From Candidatus Dojkabacteria bacterium (GTDB lineage: Bacteria > Patescibacteriota > Dojkabacteria > SC72 > JAFGCJ01): DNA of 64,000 nt. Position 1 is the first letter of the stretch. Every line of letters begins with the position of its first letter. A model generated the notes under the pieces. The model saw only the letters and a list, made by a program, of their open reading frames with translations, made no database searches and was not told where the DNA came from. A program made the position numbers and the translations under genes. This document shows, one piece after another, positions 47,830 through 57,232 of the stretch. The DNA lies in the NCBI GenBank assembly GCA_016929645.1, contig JAFGIK010000086.1, positions 408 to 64,407 on the forward strand, given 5' to 3'.

Positions 47830-49080
47830 TTACTTCTTTAATGCTTTATTAATATCTTCGATAGCTTTTTCTCCAACTCCTTTTAATCCTAGTAACTCGC
47901 TTTTAGTTTTGGATCTAAGCTCATCGACAGTCTTGATATTACTTTCTTTTAACGCATTCAATGTTCGTTTAGGAAGTTTAAGTTCATTAATGTCTGTAAC
48001 CTTTTCTTCATTCATAGTAGCCATCTTTTTCACAACCTTCTTTACTGATTTCTTCGAATCTTCAACCTTACCTGATGTTTTACTGGAAGAGGTATCTGCT
48101 TGTACGATTCTAACAACTTTGCCAGAGGTAGCATCCGATTCTGCAACATCAACCCCATCTTTCATTGCTTTAAGCTTCTGAACATGTAATTCCTGCTCCA
48201 TCCTTTTTCTTTCTTGCTCTTTTTCAGAAAATTGCCTTTTAGCTTCAATATTTGAGATATAATCATTTCTCCTCTTAATCAAATCTCTACTTGGTTTAGA
48301 ATCAGAAAAAGCCTGGGCAAGATAGTCAATAAATAATCTTAAGGATTTAATTGCATCATCATTTCCGGGGATTGGATAATCAATAACCTTTGGATCACAA
48401 TTTGTGTCAACTATTGCAACCAATGGAATATTCATCTTTCTCGCCTCTTTTATTGCGATTCTCTCAAATTTGGTATCAATTACAAACATAGCGACAGGTT
48501 TCTTATCCATAAATGTTACCCCTTCATATACTTTCTCATATCTTTCCCTATCACGATCCATAACACCACGCTCTCGTTTTGTTTCATAACCAGAATGCGC
48601 AGCAAGATTTTCATCCAAAAACATCAATTTATTAATACTCTTTTGAATAGATCGCGAATTTGTCAGTAATCCAGCTGGCCATTTTTTACTAATATAGAAA
48701 GCTCCATGATCAATACCTGCATTTTTAATTAATGTTGCAGCTTGACCTTTAGTACCAACCAATAATATGTTCCCCTGTGTCGAAATTTTCGCAAGGAATT
48801 CAGCAGCCTCTCTCATAAGCTTTAACGTTTGAGTGAGGTCAATAATATGCATATTATTTCTGACGTCAAAAACATAATCCTTCATAGCGGGATTCCATCT
48901 GCTCTTTTTATGTCCAAAGTGACAACCAGCAGCAAGAAGCTCTTGAAGAGTCACATCTTTGATCTTACTTAGATCAACAGATTTTACTTCCTCTGGTTTA
49001 CGAACAAAATTTGAAGGTCTTGATGATTTAGATATTTTTTTAGAGGCTTTTACAGCCTCCTTTGCAGTTGATTCTGCCAT
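47830..49080 (-). CDS. rpsB: 30S ribosomal protein uS2 with N-terminal extension and a C-terminal RNAP alpha-CTD-like domain
   Basis: LLAAGCHFGH..WNPAM, HIIDL, VGTK, VDTNCDP, IPGNDDAIKS; 416 aa against roughly 240 for a typical uS2. Confidence 0.95.
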   Translation of the reverse strand: MAESTAKEAVKASKKISKSSRPSNFVRKPEEVKSVDLSKIKDVTLQELLAAGCHFGHKKSRWNPAMKDYVFDVRNNMHIIDLTQTLKLMREAAEFLAKISTQGNILLVGTKGQAATLIKNAGIDHGAFYISKKWPAGLLTNSRSIQKSINKLMFLDENLAAHSGYETKRERGVMDRDRERYEKVYEGVTFMDKKPVAMFVIDTKFERIAIKEARKMNIPLVAIVDTNCDPKVIDYPIPGNDDAIKSLRLFIDYLAQAFSDSKPSRDLIKRRNDYISNIEAKRQFSEKEQERKRMEQELHVQKLKAMKDGVDVAESDATSGKVVRIVQADTSSSKTSGKVEDSKKSVKKVVKKMATMNEEKVTDINELKLPKRTLNALKESNIKTVDELRSKTKSELLGLKGVGEKAIEDINKALKK

Positions 49081-49088
49081 TGTAGTAT

Positions 49089-49140
49089 CCTCCTTAAATA
49101 AGCTTTTCGATCATATTCAATCAGGAGTCTAATCGAAAAG
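49089..49140 (-). promoter_or_regulatory. rpsB leader: 9-bp stem plus a full Shine-Dalgarno AAGGAGG
   Basis: CTTTTCGAT..ATCGAAAAG (49103-49140); minus strand reads TAAGGAGGATACTACA-ATG. Confidence 0.55.
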
Positions 49141-49241
49141 TAAGAAATAAATTAAACCTGAAGGGATAATAACATCAATCATCCCTAAAAATCAACTCTA
49201 TACTTATTACAAATATCATTCTTAAAAATAAGCTAACAACA

Positions 49242-51083
49242 CTAATCCCTTATCTCAAATTCACTCCTCTGCTTAAATTCAGCAACTTTACCCTTATTCC
49301 AGCGCGAAACAGGTCTGTAATATCCAACAACACGACTATAAACATTGGTTTGCTTATTACATTTGGGACACACATATACCTCACCATTAATATAACCATG
49401 CGACTCACAAACACTAAAAGTTGGAGAGATTGTAAAATATGGAATTCTATAATTTTCTGCTATTTTCTTGACAAGTTTCATACATGTTTTCCAGTCCTTC
49501 AAACGTTCTCCGATAAATGTATGGAAAACAGTACCTCCGGTATAAGTCGATTGGATTTCCTCCTGAAGATCAAGTGCTTCAAAAATATCCCGGGTAGCAT
49601 CAACAGGTAGCTGGCTTGAATTTGTATAATATGGATCACCATTACCCTGAGTTATTATACTGGGATATTTCTCTCTATCTAATCTTGCTAAATGATATGA
49701 TGCACTCTCAGCAGGACTTGCCTCAAGATTATATATATTTCCTGTCTCCTCTTGATAATCCTGTATTGTCTTTTTCATAAATTTTAAGATCTTAACTGTA
49801 AAATTGATTGCTTCCTTGTTAGTTAAATTTTTACCAAGATAGTTCAACATCATCTCGTTCATACCGACAAGACCAATCGTAGAAAAAAAACGATCAAAAG
49901 TACCAAGGTAACGTCTTGTGTAAGGCATAAATCCGCATTCAAGATTTTTTGAAACATACTCACGCTTTTGCTCAAGACATTCTTTGCACAAATCCATACG
50001 TTTTTTGAGAATTGAAAATAATGCCGATTCAGGCTTTCCTTTAACCTCAAACCCAATCCTTGCCATATTTACATCAACAACACCAATTGAACCAGTTGAT
50101 TCGCCAGATCCAAATAATCCGCCAGTCTTCTTTGCAAGCTCCTTTAAGTCCATCTGTAAACGACAACACATAGATCGAACATCCCCGGGATTCAAATCGC
50201 TTTTAATAAAATTTTGGAAATAAGGAGTACCATATTTAGCTGTTAATTCAAATAACATCTGAGCATTTGAGCTCTCCCAATCAAAATCTTTTGTCAGATT
50301 ATAAGTTGGAATTGGATATGAGAACGGCTGTTGATCAGCATCTCCTTCCTGAAAAACTTCAAGAAATGCCCTGTTTATCAAATCCATCTCCCTTTGAAAA
50401 TAACCATACTTTTCTTTTTGAAGTTTGCCACCAATCATGACTCTCTGGTTCTTTAAATCTTCAGGAACAACCCAATCTAAAGTGATATTAGAAAAAGGAA
50501 CTTTGCCACCATGACGAATATGTGTGTTCAATGCATAAACAAATCGCTGTATATTCTGCTTGATTTCTCTATACGGTAGCCCATCGTAATAAACAAACGG
50601 TGCAAGATATGTGTCAACAGAGCTAAAAGCTTGAGCACCAGACCATTCGTTACATACAATCTGAATAAATCTGGCCATTTGATCAACTGCAGCATGCATA
50701 TGTAGTGGAGGTTTACTCGAAGTTCTATCTGGTATCCCATTTAGGCCTTCAGACAAAAGCAATCTCAAGCTCCATCCCGCACAATAACCCACCATGCCTT
50801 TACCAAGGTCATGAATATAAATATCCCCATCAAGATGGGCATCAGCAACCTTCCGATAAAGCAAATGATTGATAAAGTACACTTTACTTATCTTTTCAAA
50901 AACATTATTAACAAGACCTGGAAAACTATACATAACGTTTGCACCTTCCTTTTGATACGAGCCAAGAGATGCCGCAGTAGCGAGAGATTTTTTTGTTTTC
51001 TTTGAAACCTTTGAGAAATCATCAGAATACATATATTCCTCAATCAATAGTTTTGCATCAATATTTAGTTTATTTCGGGGCAT
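49242..51083 (-). CDS. nrdD: Class III anaerobic ribonucleoside-triphosphate reductase, no ATP cone
   Basis: YIHDL, YCAGWS, GAQAF, RSMCCRL finger loop, CESHG..CPKC metal site, YSRVVGYYRP glycyl radical loop. Confidence 0.94.
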   Translation of the reverse strand: MPRNKLNIDAKLLIEEYMYSDDFSKVSKKTKKSLATAASLGSYQKEGANVMYSFPGLVNNVFEKISKVYFINHLLYRKVADAHLDGDIYIHDLGKGMVGYCAGWSLRLLLSEGLNGIPDRTSSKPPLHMHAAVDQMARFIQIVCNEWSGAQAFSSVDTYLAPFVYYDGLPYREIKQNIQRFVYALNTHIRHGGKVPFSNITLDWVVPEDLKNQRVMIGGKLQKEKYGYFQREMDLINRAFLEVFQEGDADQQPFSYPIPTYNLTKDFDWESSNAQMLFELTAKYGTPYFQNFIKSDLNPGDVRSMCCRLQMDLKELAKKTGGLFGSGESTGSIGVVDVNMARIGFEVKGKPESALFSILKKRMDLCKECLEQKREYVSKNLECGFMPYTRRYLGTFDRFFSTIGLVGMNEMMLNYLGKNLTNKEAINFTVKILKFMKKTIQDYQEETGNIYNLEASPAESASYHLARLDREKYPSIITQGNGDPYYTNSSQLPVDATRDIFEALDLQEEIQSTYTGGTVFHTFIGERLKDWKTCMKLVKKIAENYRIPYFTISPTFSVCESHGYINGEVYVCPKCNKQTNVYSRVVGYYRPVSRWNKGKVAEFKQRSEFEIRD

Positions 51084-51139
51084 TTTTCAGTTATAAAAAG
51101 TAATATGAACAAGAAAATTAACTACAGATTAACATTTAA

Positions 51140-51190
51140 TAGATACGTTGCGTATCTACGTATCTATTTGAGTATCTATTTACGTATCTA
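51140..51190. repeat. Cluster of GTATCTA motifs, four direct and one inverted, between dut and nrdD
   Basis: TAGATACG-TTG-CGTATCTA-CGTATCTA-TTTG-AGTATCTA-TTTA-CGTATCTA. Confidence 0.85.
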
Positions 51191-51733
51191 TTTTAACGGC
51201 TGATCTTTTCCAGAAGAACCCCAACCTCGTTCACCACGATCAGTATCATCAAGCCTATCAACAACCTCAACTTCAGGGTAAACTACAGGACAAACCACAA
51301 GTTGAGCTACTCTATCACCTTTTTTTATAACATAATCAACTCCAGAAACATTGACCAAAGCCACACCAACAACGCCTCTATACTGTTCATCAACAGTACC
51401 CGGTGAATTTACAACCACTAATCCATACTTAAATGCACTACTTCTTGATCGGATTTGAATATCAAACCCAGGAGCAAGAGCACACTTAAACCCAGAATTC
51501 ACAAGAACCCTATCAAGAGGCTTCAATACAATTTCATCAAATTCTGAAACTGGTTTGCCATTTACTTCTTCAAGTTTTTCATTATTTCGATAAATCGAGT
51601 CAAACTTATAAACAGTTACATCCAAACCTGAATCTGTAGGAAACACCCGTTGAGGAATCACCACATCATCAGCAATAAGCTCGATGCGAAATTTTGGCAC
51701 AGATGTATTTTTTTTAGTCATAGATGATTCCAT
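51188..51733 (-). CDS. dut: Trimeric dUTPase
   Basis: SGLD, IRSRSS, PGTVDEQYRG, GDRVAQL, RGERGWGSSG; start at 51733 or 51721 more likely than 51835. Confidence 0.93.
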   Translation of the reverse strand: MESSMTKKNTSVPKFRIELIADDVVIPQRVFPTDSGLDVTVYKFDSIYRNNEKLEEVNGKPVSEFDEIVLKPLDRVLVNSGFKCALAPGFDIQIRSRSSAFKYGLVVVNSPGTVDEQYRGVVGVALVNVSGVDYVIKKGDRVAQLVVCPVVYPEVEVVDRLDDTDRGERGWGSSGKDQPLK

Positions 51734-51881
51734 AAAAAATTTTAAAATATATAACCATATCATCAAACAGAACAACAATTGATATGTCAAAAGTAATCCG
51801 ATATCATTAATCAATACCAGAATTCTGGTATCCAAAATTTATAGAAAGAATAAACAACTAAAATATACAAGAACAAAAAGA

Positions 51882-53171
51882 ATGAAAGTAAAAGAGATTA
51901 TTGAAAATGAACTCAAATACCAACAGCAGCAACTCAAACTAATTCCCTCTGAAAATTATGTTAGTAAAGGAGTGCTTAACGCAGTTGGTTCAGTAATGAT
52001 AAATAAATATGCAGAAGGTCAAGCATTCAAAAGATACTATCAGGGCAATAAAAACATGGATATGCTTGAAGAACTTTGCAAAAATCTTGCACTTCAGACC
52101 TTCAATTTAGATCCCGACAAATGGGCGGTCAATGTCCAAGCAGTCACAGGAAGTGTAGCAAATCTTTCGGTTTACAACGCCATACTCAACCCTCAAGATA
52201 AGATATTGGCAATGAGTTTGTTTCATGGAGGCCATCTAAGTCATGGCTGGAAACTACCAAACGGGAAAAAGATAAGTTTCTCGTCCAAGGTTTTTAACTC
52301 AAGTTTTTATATGGTATCACCAAAAGACTACAGGTTCGATTATGATCAAATAGAAAAACAGGCACAAGAAGAAAAACCAGCACTCATAATCTCAGGAGGA
52401 ACAGCTTATCCAAGACAGATAGATTTTAAAAGACTATCCGAAATTGCTAAATCTGTTGGAGCAAAATATTTAGCCGACATTGCCCACGAAGCAGGACTCG
52501 TAGCAAACGGACAATACGACAGTCCATTTGAATATGCAGACTTTGTAACAATGACAACACGAAAAACCCTTCGCGGTCCAATCGGAGCACTTGTTTTTTG
52601 CAGAAAAGAATACGAAGACGCAATTGATAGCTCAATTTTTCCAGGACTTCAAGGCGGACCAATGATGAATTCAATAGCAGGTATAGCAACAGCCCTAGAA
52701 GAAGCCCAAACAAAGGATTTCGAGACATATATAAAACAAGTTCGGAAAAACGCCGATACACTCGCAGCGTCACTAGTCAAAAGAGGCTTCAATGTAATAA
52801 CTGGCGGCACAGACTCTCATTTGATACTAATTGATATCACAAATAAGCAACCCAACGGTTACGTTGCCGCAGAAATACTTGAAGCTGTAGATATTATCCT
52901 TAACAAAAATACAATCCCTTTTGATCCGGGATCTCCATGGAGACCATCAGGGATAAGACTTGGCACCCCATCTGTGACAACAAGGGGCATGAAGGAAGCT
53001 GAAATGGAAGTTATTGCCGAACTTATAGAGAAAACATTGAAAGAATTTACTGCAGACGGCGACATCAAAAAATTTCAGCTTAAAAAAGAGATTAACAAAA
53101 ATAGGCATATTTTCGAAATAAAAAAGGAAGTTAATGATCTAACTCAAAAATTCCCAATATACAATGATTAA
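51882..53171 (+). CDS. glyA: Serine hydroxymethyltransferase
   Basis: LIPSENY, NKYAEG..RYYQG, GGHLSHG, ADIAH, KTLRGP, FPGLQGGP, SGIRLGTP. Confidence 0.95.
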   Translation: MKVKEIIENELKYQQQQLKLIPSENYVSKGVLNAVGSVMINKYAEGQAFKRYYQGNKNMDMLEELCKNLALQTFNLDPDKWAVNVQAVTGSVANLSVYNAILNPQDKILAMSLFHGGHLSHGWKLPNGKKISFSSKVFNSSFYMVSPKDYRFDYDQIEKQAQEEKPALIISGGTAYPRQIDFKRLSEIAKSVGAKYLADIAHEAGLVANGQYDSPFEYADFVTMTTRKTLRGPIGALVFCRKEYEDAIDSSIFPGLQGGPMMNSIAGIATALEEAQTKDFETYIKQVRKNADTLAASLVKRGFNVITGGTDSHLILIDITNKQPNGYVAAEILEAVDIILNKNTIPFDPGSPWRPSGIRLGTPSVTTRGMKEAEMEVIAELIEKTLKEFTADGDIKKFQLKKEINKNRHIFEIKKEVNDLTQKFPIYND

Positions 53172-53225
53172 GCACAAAAATTACATTATCTTGCAAATCA
53201 GCACAAATAAGTCTTCTAACTGATT

Positions 53226-53873
53226 TTATATGATCACGTGATCTATCATTGTGACACCAATTATCTCTGCTGCATCTTTGACTCTCTTGGTAAAGACAAT
53301 ATCTGCCACACTGGGCTTAGTCTCACCTGAGGGATGATTATGCACAAGGATAAAGCCTGCAGCTCCAGATTTCAAAACCTCAAACAAAATATCCCGAGGC
53401 TCAATAATAACTCTGTTTTGCGCCCCTATTGCAACAGTTTTCTGGCATATAAGTTGATTTTGAGCATCAAGGCAAAGCACAATGACATGCTCTCGCACAC
53501 TTCGTTTCAGAGATTTAAGATATGACGCAACATCTGCCCGACTATTGATCCTGACTTTATGGCTAATTTTTGAATAAATCCTCCTGCCAAACTCCAGACC
53601 ACAAAATATCTGCATCGATTTAACTCTGCCAAGACCTTTAATCTTATCAAGATCAGTCCAAGATAAAATCTGAGAAAAAGAGTCGTCCCCTTTACTTAAA
53701 AATCTATCTGCACGAGATTGAATAAAATTTCCAACCTTCCGTGCAACAATCCTTACGTGATTATCTTTGCAACCACTACCAATAATGATCGCTATCAGAT
53801 CGTAATCAGATAATGAATTAATTCCGAATAATTCAAGTTTTTCGCGAGGCAAAAGAGAACTTTTATTCTGCAT
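53226..53873 (-). CDS. radC: RadC/JAB domain protein
   Basis: PREKL, HhH KGLG, HNHPSG...PS..D, DHVII. Confidence 0.93.
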   Translation of the reverse strand: MQNKSSLLPREKLELFGINSLSDYDLIAIIIGSGCKDNHVRIVARKVGNFIQSRADRFLSKGDDSFSQILSWTDLDKIKGLGRVKSMQIFCGLEFGRRIYSKISHKVRINSRADVASYLKSLKRSVREHVIVLCLDAQNQLICQKTVAIGAQNRVIIEPRDILFEVLKSGAAGFILVHNHPSGETKPSVADIVFTKRVKDAAEIIGVTMIDHVII

Positions 53874-53925
53874 ATAATAAATATTACAGAATAAAAATTA
53901 AAAAATAATAAATGAAGATGTTGAA

Positions 53926-56064
53926 TTATTTGTCTTTTTTTATGTATTTACAATCCGGATATCCACTACAACCAATAAAAGATTTGCCCCAGCGACCTTT
54001 TCTTTCAACAAGGTTTTTACCACACTCAGGACATTTTTCACCAAGTAACAAAGGTATTGTTGTTTTACATTCAGGATAATTACTGCAGGCCCAGAATCTT
54101 CCAAATTTACCGCTTTTAAGTTCCATCGGAGAGCCACATTTTTCACATTTATCAGGTTTTGTGTAGAAACCACTGTCGATTTTAGCTTGAAATTCCTCAT
54201 CATCAAGACCTAACATACCTTTGCATTTAGGAAAACTTGCACAACTCAAAAATTTCCCGTTGCGCCCCAATCTAACTACCATTTTACCCCCACATTCAGG
54301 GCATTTCTCATCAGAATCAGACAATATCACAACATCCTCTTTGTCAACACTTTTCTCTTTTTCATCGATCTCTTTTTGAAGAGGAGAATAAACCTTATCA
54401 ACAACAATTGTCCAATCATCACCTTTGGTAGCAACATCATCCAAATCTTCCTCTACTTCAGATGTAAAATCATAATCCACAATTCTTGAAAAATATTTGA
54501 CAAGAAAATCATTTACAACACAGCCCGTATCTGTTGGATAAAGAAAACGACCATCTTTTTTAACATAACCCCTCGCTTGAATTGTGGAAATAATCGTGGC
54601 ATAGGTTGATGGTCTACCTATACCGTACTTTTCCAGTACCTTAACAAGTGAAGCTTCCGTAAATCTTGCTCGAGGTTTTGTAAATTTCTGATCTAAAGTG
54701 ATATCATTACAAATCAACTTATCACCCTTTTCAAGATCAACAAAGACATCATTCTGTTCTTTATCTGAAACATTTGTTAGATATACTGGATATATTCTCG
54801 AAAAACCATCAAATAATATCTCTTTACCAACCAGGTTAAATGTATAGAACGAATCTTTGTCACTTTTACGAGCTTCAATAAATATTTTATTATCGTTATA
54901 AATAATAGGACTCATTTGACACGCAAGTGTTTTATCCCAGATAAGTTTATAAAGTTTATACTGATCGTCTTTTAGTAAAGATTTTAGTTTTTCTGGTGTC
55001 AGCTCAATATCTGTCGGTCTAATTGCTTCATGAGCTTCCTGCGCCAACCGACTCTTTGTCTTATAGAAATTTGGCTTATCTGGTAAATATTTGTCTCCAA
55101 AATTTGACTTAATGAACTTCCGGATTGATTTGATTGCAATCATAGAAATACTTGTAGAATCAGTTCTCATATAGGTGATAAGACCAGTTTGCCCAATTCC
55201 TTTAATATTCACCCCTTGATACAAGTTTTGGGCAATCTGCATAGTTCGCTTTGCTGTAAATCCAAGCTTATTGTTTGCCGCTTGTTGTAAAGTTGATGTT
55301 ACAAAAGGTGGAGTTGATTTCTGATTCCTTTCTTTTTTCTCAACCTCCGAAACATGCCAATCTGCACTTTTTAGGAACTCTTTTACCGATTTAGCATCAG
55401 ATTCATTCACGACTGTATATTTCTTATCATCTTTTTTTACAAGTTTTGCTGGAAACGGATTTTCAGATTTACTCTTTGCTAGGATTGCAACAATATCCCA
55501 AAATTCTTCTGGTACAAAAGAATCGCGTTCACGCTCTCTTTCTACGATTAATCGTGTGGCAACAGACTGAACCCTTCCTGCAGACAAACCATACCAGATC
55601 TTCTTCCATAAAAGACCAGACAATTTGTATCCAACAAGACGATCAAGCACTCTTCTGGCTTTTTGAGCATTTACAAGATTAGTATCAATCAGTCGTGGAT
55701 TTTTAATAGCCGATAAAATAGCGTCCTTTGTTATCTCGCTAAATATGATTCTGTTTGGATTTTCCAATTTTAGTGACCTTGCTACATGGTCCGCAATTGC
55801 TTCTCCTTCCCTATCAAGGTCAAGAGCCAAGTAAACATCTTGCTCATTTTGTGGTAAAAGTTTCTTCAATTCCTTGATTAGCTTTTTCTTTCCATGTATT
55901 ACTTCATATTTGGGTTCGTAATTTTTTTCAATATCAACACCAAGATCACTTTTAGGAAGATCCATAACATGACCCTTGGTTGCATAAACCTTATAATCTT
56001 TTCCAAGATACTTTTCAATAGTTTTAGCTTTTGATGGAGACTCAACAATTACAAGTTTTTTCAA
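53926..56064 (-). CDS. topA: DNA topoisomerase I with C-terminal zinc ribbons
   Basis: LVIVESPSKAKTI, DREGEAI, SAGRVQS, ITYMRTDS (catalytic Tyr), three C4 ribbons; TTG start. Confidence 0.97.
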   Translation of the reverse strand: MKKLVIVESPSKAKTIEKYLGKDYKVYATKGHVMDLPKSDLGVDIEKNYEPKYEVIHGKKKLIKELKKLLPQNEQDVYLALDLDREGEAIADHVARSLKLENPNRIIFSEITKDAILSAIKNPRLIDTNLVNAQKARRVLDRLVGYKLSGLLWKKIWYGLSAGRVQSVATRLIVERERERDSFVPEEFWDIVAILAKSKSENPFPAKLVKKDDKKYTVVNESDAKSVKEFLKSADWHVSEVEKKERNQKSTPPFVTSTLQQAANNKLGFTAKRTMQIAQNLYQGVNIKGIGQTGLITYMRTDSTSISMIAIKSIRKFIKSNFGDKYLPDKPNFYKTKSRLAQEAHEAIRPTDIELTPEKLKSLLKDDQYKLYKLIWDKTLACQMSPIIYNDNKIFIEARKSDKDSFYTFNLVGKEILFDGFSRIYPVYLTNVSDKEQNDVFVDLEKGDKLICNDITLDQKFTKPRARFTEASLVKVLEKYGIGRPSTYATIISTIQARGYVKKDGRFLYPTDTGCVVNDFLVKYFSRIVDYDFTSEVEEDLDDVATKGDDWTIVVDKVYSPLQKEIDEKEKSVDKEDVVILSDSDEKCPECGGKMVVRLGRNGKFLSCASFPKCKGMLGLDDEEFQAKIDSGFYTKPDKCEKCGSPMELKSGKFGRFWACSNYPECKTTIPLLLGEKCPECGKNLVERKGRWGKSFIGCSGYPDCKYIKKDK

Positions 56065-56068
56065 TATT

Positions 56069-57148
56069 CTATTTTAAAATTTTAATTTTGCTTGATCTCT
56101 CAAGCCTCAAAATACCTTCTAGCTCAAACTTTGTCAAGAAACGACGGATAAGGCTTGATTCTAGATTGCTTTGTTTAAACAGGTCCTCTAGTATAAATTG
56201 TCCAGATTTTAGCAGTTCATAATTTTCCGGATTATCTGGAATTTTGAACGCTGACATAAAATTCTTAATCGATTCACGATTCATAACAAAATCATAATCA
56301 AACTCAACACCGTCAATAAGAACTCGTATGTCATTAGCACATGTAATTACATACGCACCATTTTTTATCAAGAAATTAGTCCCAAAAGAAGAGCGATTAT
56401 AAATACTTCCAGGAACACTTCCTACATCTCGATTATATTGAATTGCAAGATCCGCTGTAATCAAAGAACCACTTTTCTCAGGAGCTTCAATCACAACAGT
56501 CAGTTTTGATAAACCTGCAGTTATTCTATTTCTTACTGCAAACATCTTTTTACAGAGAGGTGTACCAGGAAGAAACTCCCAAACAGCACAACCCTTATTG
56601 ATAATTGTGTCATATAGGCTTCTATTATATGAAGGAATCCCATCCTCAGGACCTCCAGGTAGTACTGCTACAGGAATAGCGGATAAAACTTTCTCATATT
56701 GAAAAAGTTTGTGTACTTCTGAATCTATTCCATAAGCAAGACCACTGACAATATTAAACTCACAGCCCTTAATTATCGGATAAAGAACTTCTTTGACAAC
56801 ACTTCTTCCATAATTAGTCATACTACGAGTACCAACAACTGATATTGAAAATTCATTTTTTAATGCTGCAGGATTACCTTTAACAAAAAGAAATGCAGGA
56901 TAATCAGGAATTTTTTTTAGAAGTTTAGGATAGCGGTCATCCCAAAATGGAATTATTTCAACTCCAGCATGACTGCATTTTCTCATAATATTTTCTGCTG
57001 ATAATTCTTCATACTTTAATTGCAGTTGATCAGCAACAAAAGATTTAAAATCCGTTATCCCTAATTTTTTGAATTTTTGGTAAGTATTAATAACTCTTTT
57101 AGAGCCATACTCCATCAAAGAGAACAGCCACAACCAATATTTAAGCAT
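56069..57148 (-). CDS. dprA: DNA-processing protein DprA
   Basis: VVGTR, IVSGLAYGID, RNRITAGLS, EAPEKSGSLITA; start placed at MLKYW. Confidence 0.93.
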   Translation of the reverse strand: MLKYWLWLFSLMEYGSKRVINTYQKFKKLGITDFKSFVADQLQLKYEELSAENIMRKCSHAGVEIIPFWDDRYPKLLKKIPDYPAFLFVKGNPAALKNEFSISVVGTRSMTNYGRSVVKEVLYPIIKGCEFNIVSGLAYGIDSEVHKLFQYEKVLSAIPVAVLPGGPEDGIPSYNRSLYDTIINKGCAVWEFLPGTPLCKKMFAVRNRITAGLSKLTVVIEAPEKSGSLITADLAIQYNRDVGSVPGSIYNRSSFGTNFLIKNGAYVITCANDIRVLIDGVEFDYDFVMNRESIKNFMSAFKIPDNPENYELLKSGQFILEDLFKQSNLESSLIRRFLTKFELEGILRLERSSKIKILK

Positions 57149-57232
57149 GAACAAATAATAACAAAGGGAAATTAAAATTTCGTTAAAAGAAAAAAACATT
57201 TCAGGACGATACAGCAGCAGAAATCAAGTACA

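Noticed and set aside
53226-53873. radC as a marker of a mobile element
   Set aside because: It is the full-length chromosomal type next to topA and dprA, with no integrase, transposase or att sites
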